DNA of 64,000 nucleotides from Thermodesulfobacteriota bacterium (GTDB lineage Bacteria; Desulfobacterota_D; UBA1144; Nemesobacterales; UBA2774): NCBI GenBank assembly GCA_963422265.1, contig OY729416.1, positions 192,001 to 256,000 of the forward strand, read 5' to 3'. Shown piece by piece: positions 33,567 to 43,298 of this stretch (position 1 is its first letter; each line of letters starts with the position of its first letter). The notes under the pieces were generated by a model. It saw only the letters and a program-made list of their open reading frames with translations, ran no database searches and was not told where the DNA came from. The position numbers and the translations under genes were made by a program.

Positions 33567-33664
33567 CACTAGGTAGAAAGATAAACTATCAAACCCTTTA
33601 TATTTAGCAACTAGTAATGCTGACGCCGTGCTAAACCATACTAGATAATGTAAACTTTTCCGTA

Positions 33665-35557
33665 ATGACAGATAGGGATTTTTTTACCGACGACGTCAGG
33701 GAGCAGATAAGGCAAGCCATCAGAGAAACTTTAGGAAACGAGGTTTTCTTTGTTGGTTCTCGTTCCCCATTCCCTAATGCGGCTCGCGAACAACCTTCAC
33801 AGCGACTGTCAGGGAAGCGTGTTGATTGGCTTGTTGAACATATAAAGGTTGTTGCTCGTGGTAACGATAGCTCTGCACCGGCCGTGATAGATTCGGCGCA
33901 ACCCGGAGATGTTGTAATACATAATCACCCTTCAGGGAATCTTAATCCTTCTAATCAGGACGTCCGAATGGCTTCACTGTTTGGCAATCAGGGTATTGGT
34001 TTTTTTATAGTGAATAACGAAGTGGATCGTGTTTACGTTGTGGTTGAACCTTTTTTAGAAAAGGAAAAAAAATCTCTTAATATAGATAAGATGAAGGTGC
34101 TTTTGCTTCCGCATGGCGAAATAGCGAACGTGATGAAGGAAGATTATGAGCAAAGGGAAGAGCAGTTAGATATGCTTGAGGCAGTTTCATCGGCGTTTAA
34201 TAATAGTAGAATTTCGCTTATAGAAGCGGGCACTGGCACAGGTAAGACTCTTGCTTATCTTATCCCTGCCTTATACTGGTCTCTTCAGAATGATGAAAGG
34301 GTCGTTATATCTACTAACACTATAAATCTCCAAGAACAGCTTATAGATAAAGATTTGCCCCTTTTAGCAAAAGCGCTGGACGAGGATTTTAGCTATTCTC
34401 TTGTTAAAGGAATGGGCAATTACCTTTGTCTTCTTAGAGCCGACACCATTGGTGACGGGCTTTTCGAAATGGCGGAAGAGGAAGAAGTAGATGCTCTTAC
34501 CGATGTCTTAGAATGGTCTAGAGTGACTGATGACGGATCGCTTTCGGATCTTAATTTTACTCCTCCCGATAGCGTATGGGACAAGGTTTCCGCAGATAGT
34601 GATAGTTGTCTCAGAGCCGGATGCCCATATTACTCCAAATGTTTCTTTTATAAATCAAGGCGCAAGAGCGCGTCCTCTCAGATTTTGGTAGTCAATCATC
34701 ATCTGCTCTTTGCTGACCTATCTATAAAAAGCGCCTCCGACAACAGCGAAGCTGGCGTCTTACCCCCTTTCAAGAGGGTGATTTTCGATGAGGCTCATCA
34801 CCTAGTAGATGCAGCAACGTCACATTTCGGTATGCGTGCGACTAAGTTTGGCATAATCAGGATATTAAGGCGACTCAAGAGAAAGAGCCGTAAGGGTGAG
34901 GCTAAAGGGCTTATCCTCTGGATGGTTTCGCTTGCTAGCAAGCTCATAAAGCATATAGGCGAGGGCATGCTCAACAAGGTGCTAGAAAAAGCGGATAAAA
35001 TCTTGTCTCCTAGTGTTGACGTGATTGAGAGCTACGTCACGGATGCCTTCGATTCTCTTTATAATGTTGCGCTCTGTGTGTCTCCTGATGCCTCTTCGTC
35101 CCTTCGGCGACCTAAGGACACCTCCTCCTCAGGCTCGCTACCCACCGGAGAGGTTAATTTAAGGGTTACTGAACATATTTACTTTAGAGAGGAGTGGGCA
35201 GGTATTGATGAGAAGTTCGTTGCTTTACGTATAAGGCTTAACGAGCTTCACAAAGAAATTAAATCATTCACTCATCTTCTAATTGATTATGAAGAGGAAG
35301 TAGAAGTAGCGAAGTTAATGGTTGAATTCAATGGGGTTGCGAACAAGCTCAATTATTACTCAGACGTTATAAGTGCTTTCTTAAGTAAGGAAAGAGACGG
35401 CTACGTCCGATGGATTGAAGGAAGACAAAGGAGAGGCAGTATAATTTCCGGCATTGGTTTGTCGCCTCTGGATATTTCGGGCTCTCTACAAGAAAGTCTG
35501 TATTCATGTTGTGATACCGTCATAATGACTTCAGCTACTATGGCAGTGGGGCAATAG
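33665..35557 (+). CDS. DinG/YoaA-family helicase, N-terminal part, with N-terminal JAB/MPN-like domain
   Basis: HNHPSG..PS..D (JAB), REEQ Q-motif, EAGTGTGKT, Fe-S cysteines (YLCL; CLRAGCPYYSKC), DEAH, TSAT. Confidence 0.85.
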   Translation: MTDRDFFTDDVREQIRQAIRETLGNEVFFVGSRSPFPNAAREQPSQRLSGKRVDWLVEHIKVVARGNDSSAPAVIDSAQPGDVVIHNHPSGNLNPSNQDVRMASLFGNQGIGFFIVNNEVDRVYVVVEPFLEKEKKSLNIDKMKVLLLPHGEIANVMKEDYEQREEQLDMLEAVSSAFNNSRISLIEAGTGTGKTLAYLIPALYWSLQNDERVVISTNTINLQEQLIDKDLPLLAKALDEDFSYSLVKGMGNYLCLLRADTIGDGLFEMAEEEEVDALTDVLEWSRVTDDGSLSDLNFTPPDSVWDKVSADSDSCLRAGCPYYSKCFFYKSRRKSASSQILVVNHHLLFADLSIKSASDNSEAGVLPPFKRVIFDEAHHLVDAATSHFGMRATKFGIIRILRRLKRKSRKGEAKGLILWMVSLASKLIKHIGEGMLNKVLEKADKILSPSVDVIESYVTDAFDSLYNVALCVSPDASSSLRRPKDTSSSGSLPTGEVNLRVTEHIYFREEWAGIDEKFVALRIRLNELHKEIKSFTHLLIDYEEEVEVAKLMVEFNGVANKLNYYSDVISAFLSKERDGYVRWIEGRQRRGSIISGIGLSPLDISGSLQESLYSCCDTVIMTSATMAVGQ

Positions 35558-35565
35558 TTAAGACC

Positions 35566-36315
35566 ATGGGCAAGAGTTTTGAGTTCTTAAAGACTAGTCT
35601 TGGGTTGTCAGAACAGGATCGGGTGGATGAGTTGGTGCTGAACTCCCCTTTTAATTATAATGAGCAGCTCCTCCTGGCAATTCCTAATGACGTTCCGGAG
35701 CCTAATGCAAAGCGTCGTCCTGATCATGCCAAACGAAATTATGCCTCCTGTATCGTGTCTATTATTAAACAAGCGGTACAGGCTTCAAGGGGTAATGCCC
35801 TTATACTCTTTACCTCTTATTCCCTCCTCAATTCTGTATATGAGGATGTTCATGAGGAGCTAGAATCAAACGGAATAATGATTCTAAAACAAGGGCTACT
35901 TACAAGACGAAGGCTTTTGGATAAACTTAGAGTAGAACACGGTTCGGTTCTATTCGCAACAGATAGCTTTTGGGAAGGGGTTGACGTTCCTGGGGATTCT
36001 CTGAGACTAGTTGTAATAACGAGGCTTCCTTTCAGAGTTCCTACGGATCCTGTTATAGAGGCGCGTATAGAGGATATGGAGGCTCAGGGTATAAATTCGT
36101 TTTTGAATTATAGTGTTCCGGTAGCAGTTCTGAAGTTCAAGCAAGGTTTTGGGAGGCTTATAAGAACAAAGACTGACCGTGGCGCTGTGCTGGTTTTAGA
36201 CCGTAGGATAATAAGCAAGTTTTATGGAAAGTATTTTCTTGAGTCTCTCCCCGAATGTAGGAGCATTATAGGCAAATCCGACAATATAATAAAACAGCTT
36301 AGGGGCTTTTATTAG
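35566..36315 (+). CDS. DinG/YoaA-family helicase, C-terminal helicase domain (split from the upstream ORF)
   Basis: SPFNY, LFTSY, SFWEGVDVPG, RLPF, KQGFGRLIR, DRG..LVLDRR. Confidence 0.85.
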   Translation: MGKSFEFLKTSLGLSEQDRVDELVLNSPFNYNEQLLLAIPNDVPEPNAKRRPDHAKRNYASCIVSIIKQAVQASRGNALILFTSYSLLNSVYEDVHEELESNGIMILKQGLLTRRRLLDKLRVEHGSVLFATDSFWEGVDVPGDSLRLVVITRLPFRVPTDPVIEARIEDMEAQGINSFLNYSVPVAVLKFKQGFGRLIRTKTDRGAVLVLDRRIISKFYGKYFLESLPECRSIIGKSDNIIKQLRGFY

Positions 36316-36350
36316 TTTTAAGTATGAGGATAGAAGCTGTAAGCTAACAA

Positions 36351-37127
36351 CTATCTTGTGTTTAGAGCCTTTGCTATTTTTCTTACTAAGACGCGCGGCG
36401 TCAGTCTGTTTAGGAACGGCACGATCCCCGCTTTAAATCCAGGTATCACTATGGTCTTACCTTTTCTGAAGCCTTCATAGCCTGCTTTTACTACTGGCTC
36501 GACGTCAAGCAGACTGACCTTAAACAGGAGTGAGTCGTCAAGATGTGATTTTTCTCCAAACTCAGTCCTAACCGGACCCGGAGCTAAACACGAGATTTGA
36601 ATGTTAGGGTTTGTGATTTCCTCTGCCAATGCTTCCGTAAATGAAAGCACGTAAGCCTTTGTGGCGTAATAGACGGCTAGGTAAGGTCCCGGCTGAAAAC
36701 CCGCGAGCGACCCTACGTTCAATATGCCGCCGTAACCCCTTTCTATAAATCCTGGAAGAAAGAGTCTAGTAAGATTGGTAAGTGCCATCACGTTAACCCG
36801 TATCATGTCTAGCTGGTGTTCGGTGTCTAGCTCGGCAATTGCTCCTTTAGTGCCGAATCCGGCGTTATTTACCACTACGTCTATATCTATGCCCTCTTCG
36901 CTTAGACGGTTGAAAATTTCCACGGGCGCTGAACTTTCGGACAGGTCTTTTGCTAAAACGTGAACGTTAATTCCATGTTTAGTTTTGAGCTCTTCCGATA
37001 GTTGGTTAAGCCTGTCCTCCCTTCTAGCAACGAGCACCAGATCCGACCCGTCTTTGGCAAAAAGTTTAGCGAACTCCAATCCAATCCCCGATGACGCCCC
37101 TGTTATTAGAACAGTTTCTTTCGCCAT
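36351..37127 (-). CDS. Short-chain dehydrogenase/reductase (DltE-like)
   Basis: TGASSGIG, NNAGFG, YYATK. Confidence 0.93.
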   Translation of the reverse strand: MAKETVLITGASSGIGLEFAKLFAKDGSDLVLVARREDRLNQLSEELKTKHGINVHVLAKDLSESSAPVEIFNRLSEEGIDIDVVVNNAGFGTKGAIAELDTEHQLDMIRVNVMALTNLTRLFLPGFIERGYGGILNVGSLAGFQPGPYLAVYYATKAYVLSFTEALAEEITNPNIQISCLAPGPVRTEFGEKSHLDDSLLFKVSLLDVEPVVKAGYEGFRKGKTIVIPGFKAGIVPFLNRLTPRVLVRKIAKALNTR

Positions 37128-37386
37128 TTGTCTCACCCCTTATCTGAAATGTAACCACCCATCTTACACCTAAGAGTTTATTATGTAAACACGTTTTGAT
37201 CAATCTGATCAATCTGTAAGGGGTGAATTGATTGACTCTCGCACCGATTTTATATAACCTTACCCTCTCTTGCTTGTTTCCCCTAATGCTCCCTGCTTGA
37301 TAAATGAGGGAACGTACTTTGTTGGGGATCATTCAGAATCTTACTTTTGCCAATATTTATAAACGGTTGGGAGGACGCTTTATATA

Positions 37387-39819
37387 ATGCCGACGCCATC
37401 TCAGATTTTACCAGTCAACATTGAAGACGAGATGAAGGATTCCTATCTTAGCTACTCGATGAGCGTTATTGTCGGGCGTGCTCTGCCTGACGTTAGAGAT
37501 GGGTTAAAACCCGTTCATAGGCGGATTCTCTACGGGATGGATAAGGTTGGTAACCAGTGGAACAGACCTTACAAAAAATCCGCGAGAATCGTAGGTGACG
37601 TTATGGGTAGATACCATCCCCACGGGGACGCCGCGATTTATGATACGCTCGTCCGCATGGCGCAGGATTTCTCGATGCGCTATACGCTGGTAGATGGACA
37701 AGGAAACTTTGGGTCTATTGACGGCGATCCTCCCGCGGCAATGAGATATACTGAGGTCAGGCTAGATAGAATCGCAAGCGAGATGCTTGATGACCTGGAC
37801 AAAGACACGGTTGACTTTGTGCCTAATTATGACGGTGGCGAGCAAGAGCCTGTAGTCCTTCCTTCTAAAATCCCAAATCTTTTATTGAATGGTTCATCCG
37901 GAATTGCAGTTGGCATGTCCACGAATATACCACCTCATAACCTGGCCGAATTGGTGGATGCCGTAGTTGCGCAGATAAAGAATCCGGATATATCGCTTGA
38001 TGAACTTATGACGCACCTGCCTGGACCTGATTTCCCTACGGGTGGCTTCATCACAGGGAGAAGTCCGATTAGGGATGCGTATGAAACAGGACGAGGCATA
38101 ATACGCGTTAGGGCTAGAGCTAAAATAGAGAAGCAGAAGAAGGGCGACAGAGAAATAATTATAGTAAGCGAAATACCATATCAGATAAACAAAGCAAAGC
38201 TGATAGAGCGTATCGCCGATTTGGTCAAAGAAGATAGGATAAAAGGTATTTCTGATATAAGGGATGAGTCGGATAGAGAAGGTATAAGGGTAGTAATAGA
38301 AATTAAGCGCGGGGAAGTTGCCGAGGTCGTATTGAACCAGTTATATAAGCATACTCCAATGGATACTTCTTATGGCGTTATTATGCTGGCGCTGGTAAGG
38401 AATCAGCCCCGTGTTCTTTCGCTAAGAGATACAATTAACCATTTTATAGTCCACCGAAAAGAGGTTGTTACGAGAAGGACCCAATATGAACTCAGAAAAG
38501 CGGAAGCAAGGCTTCATATCCTTGAAGGTTTAAAAATAGCACTTGATAGCATTGATGAAGTCATAGAGCTTATCAGAAAATCTGAGCGTCCCAGCGCGGC
38601 AAAAACCAAGCTTATGTCGAGACTCGGACTTACTGACGTTCAGGCTCAGGCGATTTTAGACATGCGTCTTCAGCGCCTCACTGCCATTGAAATGGACAAG
38701 ATTTTGGATGAAAGAAGGGAGCTTATCTCCACAGTGAAAAGATTGAATGAGGTTTTAGCGGACGAGAATCTAATACTTGGTATTGTTACGGAAGAATTAA
38801 CGGAAATCAAAGACCGTTATGGCGACGTAAGAAGAACTGAGATTTTAGATAGCACCGAAGAACTTTCATTAGAAGACCTAATAGCCGATGAGGATATGGT
38901 TGCAACCATAACTCACGAAGGTTATATCAAGACTACTTCGCTAAGCATCTATAGGGCGCAGAAGAGGGGTGGCAAGGGAAGGACCGGAATGACGACGAAG
39001 GATATGGACTTTGTCGAAACTTTATTTATCGCTTCTAAGCACAACTACGTATTATTCTTCTCGAATCTGGGTAAATGCTACTGGCTCAAGGTTCATGAGC
39101 TCCCCGAGGCCGGACCTACGGCTAGGGGTAAGGCTTTGGTAAATTTGCTTAGTCTCGCTTCACGAGAGAAGGTAGCAGCGGTGCTTCCGATTACCAATTT
39201 CGATGACAGCAAATACGTGCTTATGGCAACTAAGAATGGAATTGTCAAGAAAACGAGCCTCACGTCATATTCAAGGCCGCGAGCGGGTGGTATCATTGCC
39301 CTTAATATACGTGATGAGGACGAGTTAATAGCTGCTAAGCTCACAAGCGGTGGCGATGAAATACTGCTTACCTCGCATTTCGGGCAGGCAATTAGATTTA
39401 GGGAAGGTAAGGTGAGGGACATGGGAAGGGGCGCTACAGGGGTTATAGGTATAAAGCTTGCTTCTGGGGATGAAGTAGTAAGCTTGGAGGTTGTAGATAA
39501 TCCTGACGCCCAGGTTCTGACGGCAACGGAAATGGGCTATGGAAAACGGACCTTGGTATCTAGCTATAGGCTTACCAATAGGGGTGGTAAGGGGGTGATT
39601 GCCATAAAGACCACCGGCAAGAACGGCAGGGTCGTAAGCGCTTTTCAAGTAGCTAACAACACTCAAATCATGATGATAGCTACCCACGGTGGCAAGGTGA
39701 TACGTATGAACGTTTCTGGAATAAGAGAATGCGGAAGAAATACCCAGGGAGTCAAGCTTATAGATCTTGAGCCTGACGAGCGCGTCGCCGCCGTGGCAAA
39801 GGTAGTTGAAAGAGAGTGA
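37387..39819 (+). CDS. gyrA: DNA gyrase subunit A
   Basis: [28 protein letters not shown] active site, GyrA box QKRGGKG, C-terminal beta-pinwheel repeats. Confidence 0.97.
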   Translation: MPTPSQILPVNIEDEMKDSYLSYSMSVIVGRALPDVRDGLKPVHRRILYGMDKVGNQWNRPYKKSARIVGDVMGRYHPHGDAAIYDTLVRMAQDFSMRYTLVDGQGNFGSIDGDPPAAMRYTEVRLDRIASEMLDDLDKDTVDFVPNYDGGEQEPVVLPSKIPNLLLNGSSGIAVGMSTNIPPHNLAELVDAVVAQIKNPDISLDELMTHLPGPDFPTGGFITGRSPIRDAYETGRGIIRVRARAKIEKQKKGDREIIIVSEIPYQINKAKLIERIADLVKEDRIKGISDIRDESDREGIRVVIEIKRGEVAEVVLNQLYKHTPMDTSYGVIMLALVRNQPRVLSLRDTINHFIVHRKEVVTRRTQYELRKAEARLHILEGLKIALDSIDEVIELIRKSERPSAAKTKLMSRLGLTDVQAQAILDMRLQRLTAIEMDKILDERRELISTVKRLNEVLADENLILGIVTEELTEIKDRYGDVRRTEILDSTEELSLEDLIADEDMVATITHEGYIKTTSLSIYRAQKRGGKGRTGMTTKDMDFVETLFIASKHNYVLFFSNLGKCYWLKVHELPEAGPTARGKALVNLLSLASREKVAAVLPITNFDDSKYVLMATKNGIVKKTSLTSYSRPRAGGIIALNIRDEDELIAAKLTSGGDEILLTSHFGQAIRFREGKVRDMGRGATGVIGIKLASGDEVVSLEVVDNPDAQVLTATEMGYGKRTLVSSYRLTNRGGKGVIAIKTTGKNGRVVSAFQVANNTQIMMIATHGGKVIRMNVSGIRECGRNTQGVKLIDLEPDERVAAVAKVVERE

Positions 39820-39822
39820 ACG

Positions 39823-40317
39823 TTGATTAGAGAGATAGAGAATATATTTCTTGATTTTAAGGGATATGGGTGTTTTGCTTGTGATCCGAGGAATGAACTT
39901 GGACTTCGCCTTAAATTCTACGCTAACGATGAAAAAGGGGAGGTCTTTACTAAATTTATACCTGAAAAGCACCTAGAGGGTTTTCCCGGTATTCTACACG
40001 GCGGAATTCAATGTGCCCTAGTGGACGAGGTAGCTTTTTGGGCTATGTTCGACAGACTACACAGGATAGCGCTTACCGCTAAGTTGAATATGGAGTTTCT
40101 AAGACCCGTGGATGCGTCCGCTGAATTAACAATAACGGGTAAGGTAGTTGAAGCTAAAGGGCGCAGGGTAAAGGTTAGGGTGGATATTTTTAATGGAGAG
40201 GAAAAGGTTTGCACAAAGAGCGAGGTTGATTACACTATATCAAGTAGGGAATTGGCTTATAAAATCATGGGTAAAGATAGGTTCACCGAACAATTTCAAA
40301 AGTATCTGGAAGATTGA
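39823..40317 (+). CDS. PaaI-family hotdog-fold thioesterase
   Basis: CFACDPRNELGL, GFPGILHGG..CALVDE. Confidence 0.88.
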   Translation: MIREIENIFLDFKGYGCFACDPRNELGLRLKFYANDEKGEVFTKFIPEKHLEGFPGILHGGIQCALVDEVAFWAMFDRLHRIALTAKLNMEFLRPVDASAELTITGKVVEAKGRRVKVRVDIFNGEEKVCTKSEVDYTISSRELAYKIMGKDRFTEQFQKYLED

Positions 40318-40925
40318 AGATGTTAAAACTTTACGATCACCCGCTATCTGGAAACTCTTATAAATCAAGGCTAACATTGAGCCACCTGGGCGTGGAGTAT
40401 GAGAGAATCTGCGTTGACGTATTCAAAGGTGAACAGCACAGCGCCGAGTTCACCGCGTTAAATCCGAATAACAAGATACCTGTTCTGGTAGATGGTGGCT
40501 TTGTTATTTGGGAATCTAACGCAATCCCATTATATTTGGCTAAGAAATATGCACCGAACCCAATTTTTCCTGAGGACATTGAATGCTTTGGCTTAGTAGC
40601 TCAGTGGCTTCTCTTCGGTAAAACTACGATTGACCCTAATCTCGCTATGGCACGGGCTTTAACCCGCTTTGTCTCTCCCGAAGAACGCGATGACAAGGAG
40701 CTTGACAGGTTAAGGACGCAAGGCAGGTTAGCACTTAACGTTCTTGACGGTTATTTGAGAAACAACGATTTTCTTGCGAGATCTTATTCAATTGCGGATA
40801 TATGCTGCTACCCTTACGTTAATTTGGCTGAAGAGGGTGGGGTAAGTCTTTCAGGTTATCCGTCGGTGTTAGCTTGGTGCAAGCGAATACAGGAACAACC
40901 CGGATACGTTTCTATGGAAGATTAG
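40314..40925 (+). CDS. Glutathione S-transferase family protein
   Basis: SGNSYK, LNPNNKIPVL, ESNAI, YSIADI. Confidence 0.92.
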   Translation: MKMLKLYDHPLSGNSYKSRLTLSHLGVEYERICVDVFKGEQHSAEFTALNPNNKIPVLVDGGFVIWESNAIPLYLAKKYAPNPIFPEDIECFGLVAQWLLFGKTTIDPNLAMARALTRFVSPEERDDKELDRLRTQGRLALNVLDGYLRNNDFLARSYSIADICCYPYVNLAEEGGVSLSGYPSVLAWCKRIQEQPGYVSMED

Positions 40926-40968
40926 CCTAAGGTGGCAAGCAAAGGCTTGTTTAGGAGTTGTGTTGTTG

Positions 40969-41042
40969 AGCGGGAAACGGGATTCGAACCCGCGACCTTC
41001 TCCTTGGCAAGGAGACGCTCTAGCCAACTGAGCTATTCCCGC
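40969..41042 (-). tRNA. tRNA-Gly(GCC)
   Basis: GCGGGAA/TTCCCGC acceptor stem, anticodon arm TCTCC-TTGCCAA-GGAGA, GGTTCGAATCC. Confidence 0.97.
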
Positions 41043-41121
41043 TTCTCAGAAACCTAAACATACAAAGACCAAGGCTGTTTGTCAAGGATTCTAATCTTGC
41101 CCCTTTCATAATTTTGATACA

Positions 41122-42264
41122 ATGAATCGATTGGACAGAAAATCTATATTATCTAGGGTCAAAAGAGCTATTATCAAAATAGGGAGCAGCGTCTTGACCG
41201 ATGCCGAAGGCAGCTTATCCGTTGAAGTCTTTGATAAAGTAGCTTCACAGGTCTCACAAGCGCGCTCAAAGGGGATTGACGTTGTTCTCGTCTCTTCGGG
41301 CGCTATTGCTTCGGGCATGAAAAAGCTCAGACTTGATAAAAAGCCCGAAGAAACTTCTATGAAGCAGGCAATCGCCGCCTGTGGGCAGAGCGCTCTTATG
41401 TGGAATTATGAGAGAGCGTTCTCGGTCTATGGTCGTCACGTTGCTCAGATTCTCCTTACGCATGATGGACTAGCTGATAGAAAAAGATTCTTAAATGCGC
41501 GAAAGACGCTTTTAACTTTACTAGATATGGGGGCTATTCCGATTGTAAATGAGAATGATACAGTCGCCGTTGACGAGATTATACTAGGGGATAACGATAA
41601 CCTCGCAGCGCTTGTAACATCTTTGATAGAGGCTGATATTCTCATAATGTTGACCGACATAGAAGGTTTGTATAGCAAGGATCCCAGAAGTAACGATGAC
41701 GCGGAGCTTATATCACTTATAGATGAAATAGGTGAAGAGATTGAAAGCGTTGCCGGGGAGACCCTAGGAAGAACTACGACAGGTGGAATGAGAACTAAGA
41801 TACAAGCGGCGAGAAGCGCGGCTGCGCTCGGCGTGCCTACGGTTATTGCAAATGGCAAAAGGGAAGGCGTGCTTAAGGGGATATTTGACGCAAGGGACGT
41901 CGGTACCATATTTCTTCCTGCGGTGAAGAGCCTAAAGGGAAGGAAGCATTGGATAGCTTTCACACTTAAATCCGCGGGTGAGGTTGTAATTGACGGAGGG
42001 GCGAGCAAGGCTATTGTCTCTTTGGGCAAGAGCCTTCTTCCCTCGGGCATCATAGGGGTGCGAGGCGATTTTGGGGTTGGCGATTCGGTAACGTGCGTTG
42101 ATGAGAACGGCTCTAAAATTGCAAAGGGGCTAACTTCATATGGCTCCGACGATATTAGAAAGATCATGGGCTCTAAGACTTCAGAAATAGAGCGTATTCT
42201 AGGCTATAAATACGCGGAAGAGGTTATTCATAGGGACGATCTAGCTATAATAACTAATGGTTGA
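41122..42264 (+). CDS. proB: Glutamate 5-kinase
   Basis: IKIGSS, VSSGAI, NENDTV, GDNDNL, GGMRTK, C-terminal PUA domain. Confidence 0.96.
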   Translation: MNRLDRKSILSRVKRAIIKIGSSVLTDAEGSLSVEVFDKVASQVSQARSKGIDVVLVSSGAIASGMKKLRLDKKPEETSMKQAIAACGQSALMWNYERAFSVYGRHVAQILLTHDGLADRKRFLNARKTLLTLLDMGAIPIVNENDTVAVDEIILGDNDNLAALVTSLIEADILIMLTDIEGLYSKDPRSNDDAELISLIDEIGEEIESVAGETLGRTTTGGMRTKIQAARSAAALGVPTVIANGKREGVLKGIFDARDVGTIFLPAVKSLKGRKHWIAFTLKSAGEVVIDGGASKAIVSLGKSLLPSGIIGVRGDFGVGDSVTCVDENGSKIAKGLTSYGSDDIRKIMGSKTSEIERILGYKYAEEVIHRDDLAIITNG

Positions 42265-43289
42265 TTAGGAAAAGTCAGTTCATGCTTAGTTTTGATTCAA
42301 AGAAGCTTTCCTTTGGTTTCATAACTCTAACTGTGTGTTTAGTCTCGGTGCTCGCGTATAGGGGCGTTACACGCTATATAAACGAAGTCAGCTTTATATC
42401 AAAAGATGCGATCTTCCTAATTACACGGGGGCAGGGGCTCAAAATCATATCTTATAGGCTCAAAGAAGAAGGTGTCATACAACATGATAGATTATTTATC
42501 CTTTACGTAGTTAGCAAGGGCTGGCAAAACGCTTTGAAGGCGGGTGAATATAGGTTTCAAAAGGGAGAAGCCTTGTCTCAGGTTGCAAGTAGGATAGTAA
42601 GGGGCGACGTAATTAGCTACAGCGTAACAATCCCTGAGGGGCTTAACGTATTAGAAGTTGCGGGGCTTCTTCATGATAAGAACGTAATTGATAGGGATGA
42701 TTTTCTTAGTTTGCTAAACAACGAGGAGTTACGCAAAGAGCTAATCGGCGATAATCCAATAGGTTACGAAGGTTACCTTTTTCCAGACACCTATTTCTAC
42801 AATAAGGGAGTTGTGCCGGAAGAGTTTATTAGGGGCATGATAAAAAGGTTCAATACCGTTTATGAAGGATTTGGAGAAGAAAGACGACGGGTTCATCTTA
42901 GCGATAATGAGATACTTACGCTCGCCTCCATAATTGAAAAGGAAACGGGGGATGATTCTGAACGCCCTCTTATCTCGGCGGTATTCCATAACCGCATGAA
43001 GAGGAGAATGAGGCTTGAGAGCGATCCGACTGTAATCTACGGCTTGGGGTCGAATTCCAAAGGGAATTTGACTAAGCGTGATTTAGCTACCTACACGGAG
43101 TATAATACCTATTTGATTAGGGGGCTTCCTCCTGGACCGATAGCTAACCCCGGAAAAGAGTCCATAGCTGCCGCGTTGAAACCAGCAAACGTCAAGTATC
43201 TCTACTTCGTTTCAAAGGGGGATGGGACGCACCAATTTTCTACTAACTACGAGTCTCACCGCAGGGCAGTCTATAAATACCAGAGATAA
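42261..43289 (+). CDS. mltG: Endolytic transglycosylase MltG
   Basis: N-terminal TM, TIPEG, EGYLFPDTY, LASIIEKE, SDPTVIY, GLPPGPIANPG. Confidence 0.95.
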   Translation: MIRKSQFMLSFDSKKLSFGFITLTVCLVSVLAYRGVTRYINEVSFISKDAIFLITRGQGLKIISYRLKEEGVIQHDRLFILYVVSKGWQNALKAGEYRFQKGEALSQVASRIVRGDVISYSVTIPEGLNVLEVAGLLHDKNVIDRDDFLSLLNNEELRKELIGDNPIGYEGYLFPDTYFYNKGVVPEEFIRGMIKRFNTVYEGFGEERRRVHLSDNEILTLASIIEKETGDDSERPLISAVFHNRMKRRMRLESDPTVIYGLGSNSKGNLTKRDLATYTEYNTYLIRGLPPGPIANPGKESIAAALKPANVKYLYFVSKGDGTHQFSTNYESHRRAVYKYQR

Positions 43290-43298
43290 GAGATGATC

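Noticed and set aside
33033-33572. 179-aa plus-strand ORF and 140-aa minus-strand ORF as intact genes
   Set aside because: They overlap the XRE gene and the tRNA. Only ~33130-33482 on the plus strand looks protein-like (the recombinase remnant).
35555-35568. Stop-codon read-through (pyrrolysine/amber) joining the two dinG ORFs
   Set aside because: The two ORFs are in different frames, so read-through of TAG would not join them.
41445-42167. Long antisense ORFs (240 aa here; also 23218-23889, 39325-39972, 30847-31374)
   Set aside because: They lie opposite well-supported genes and show no recognisable motifs.
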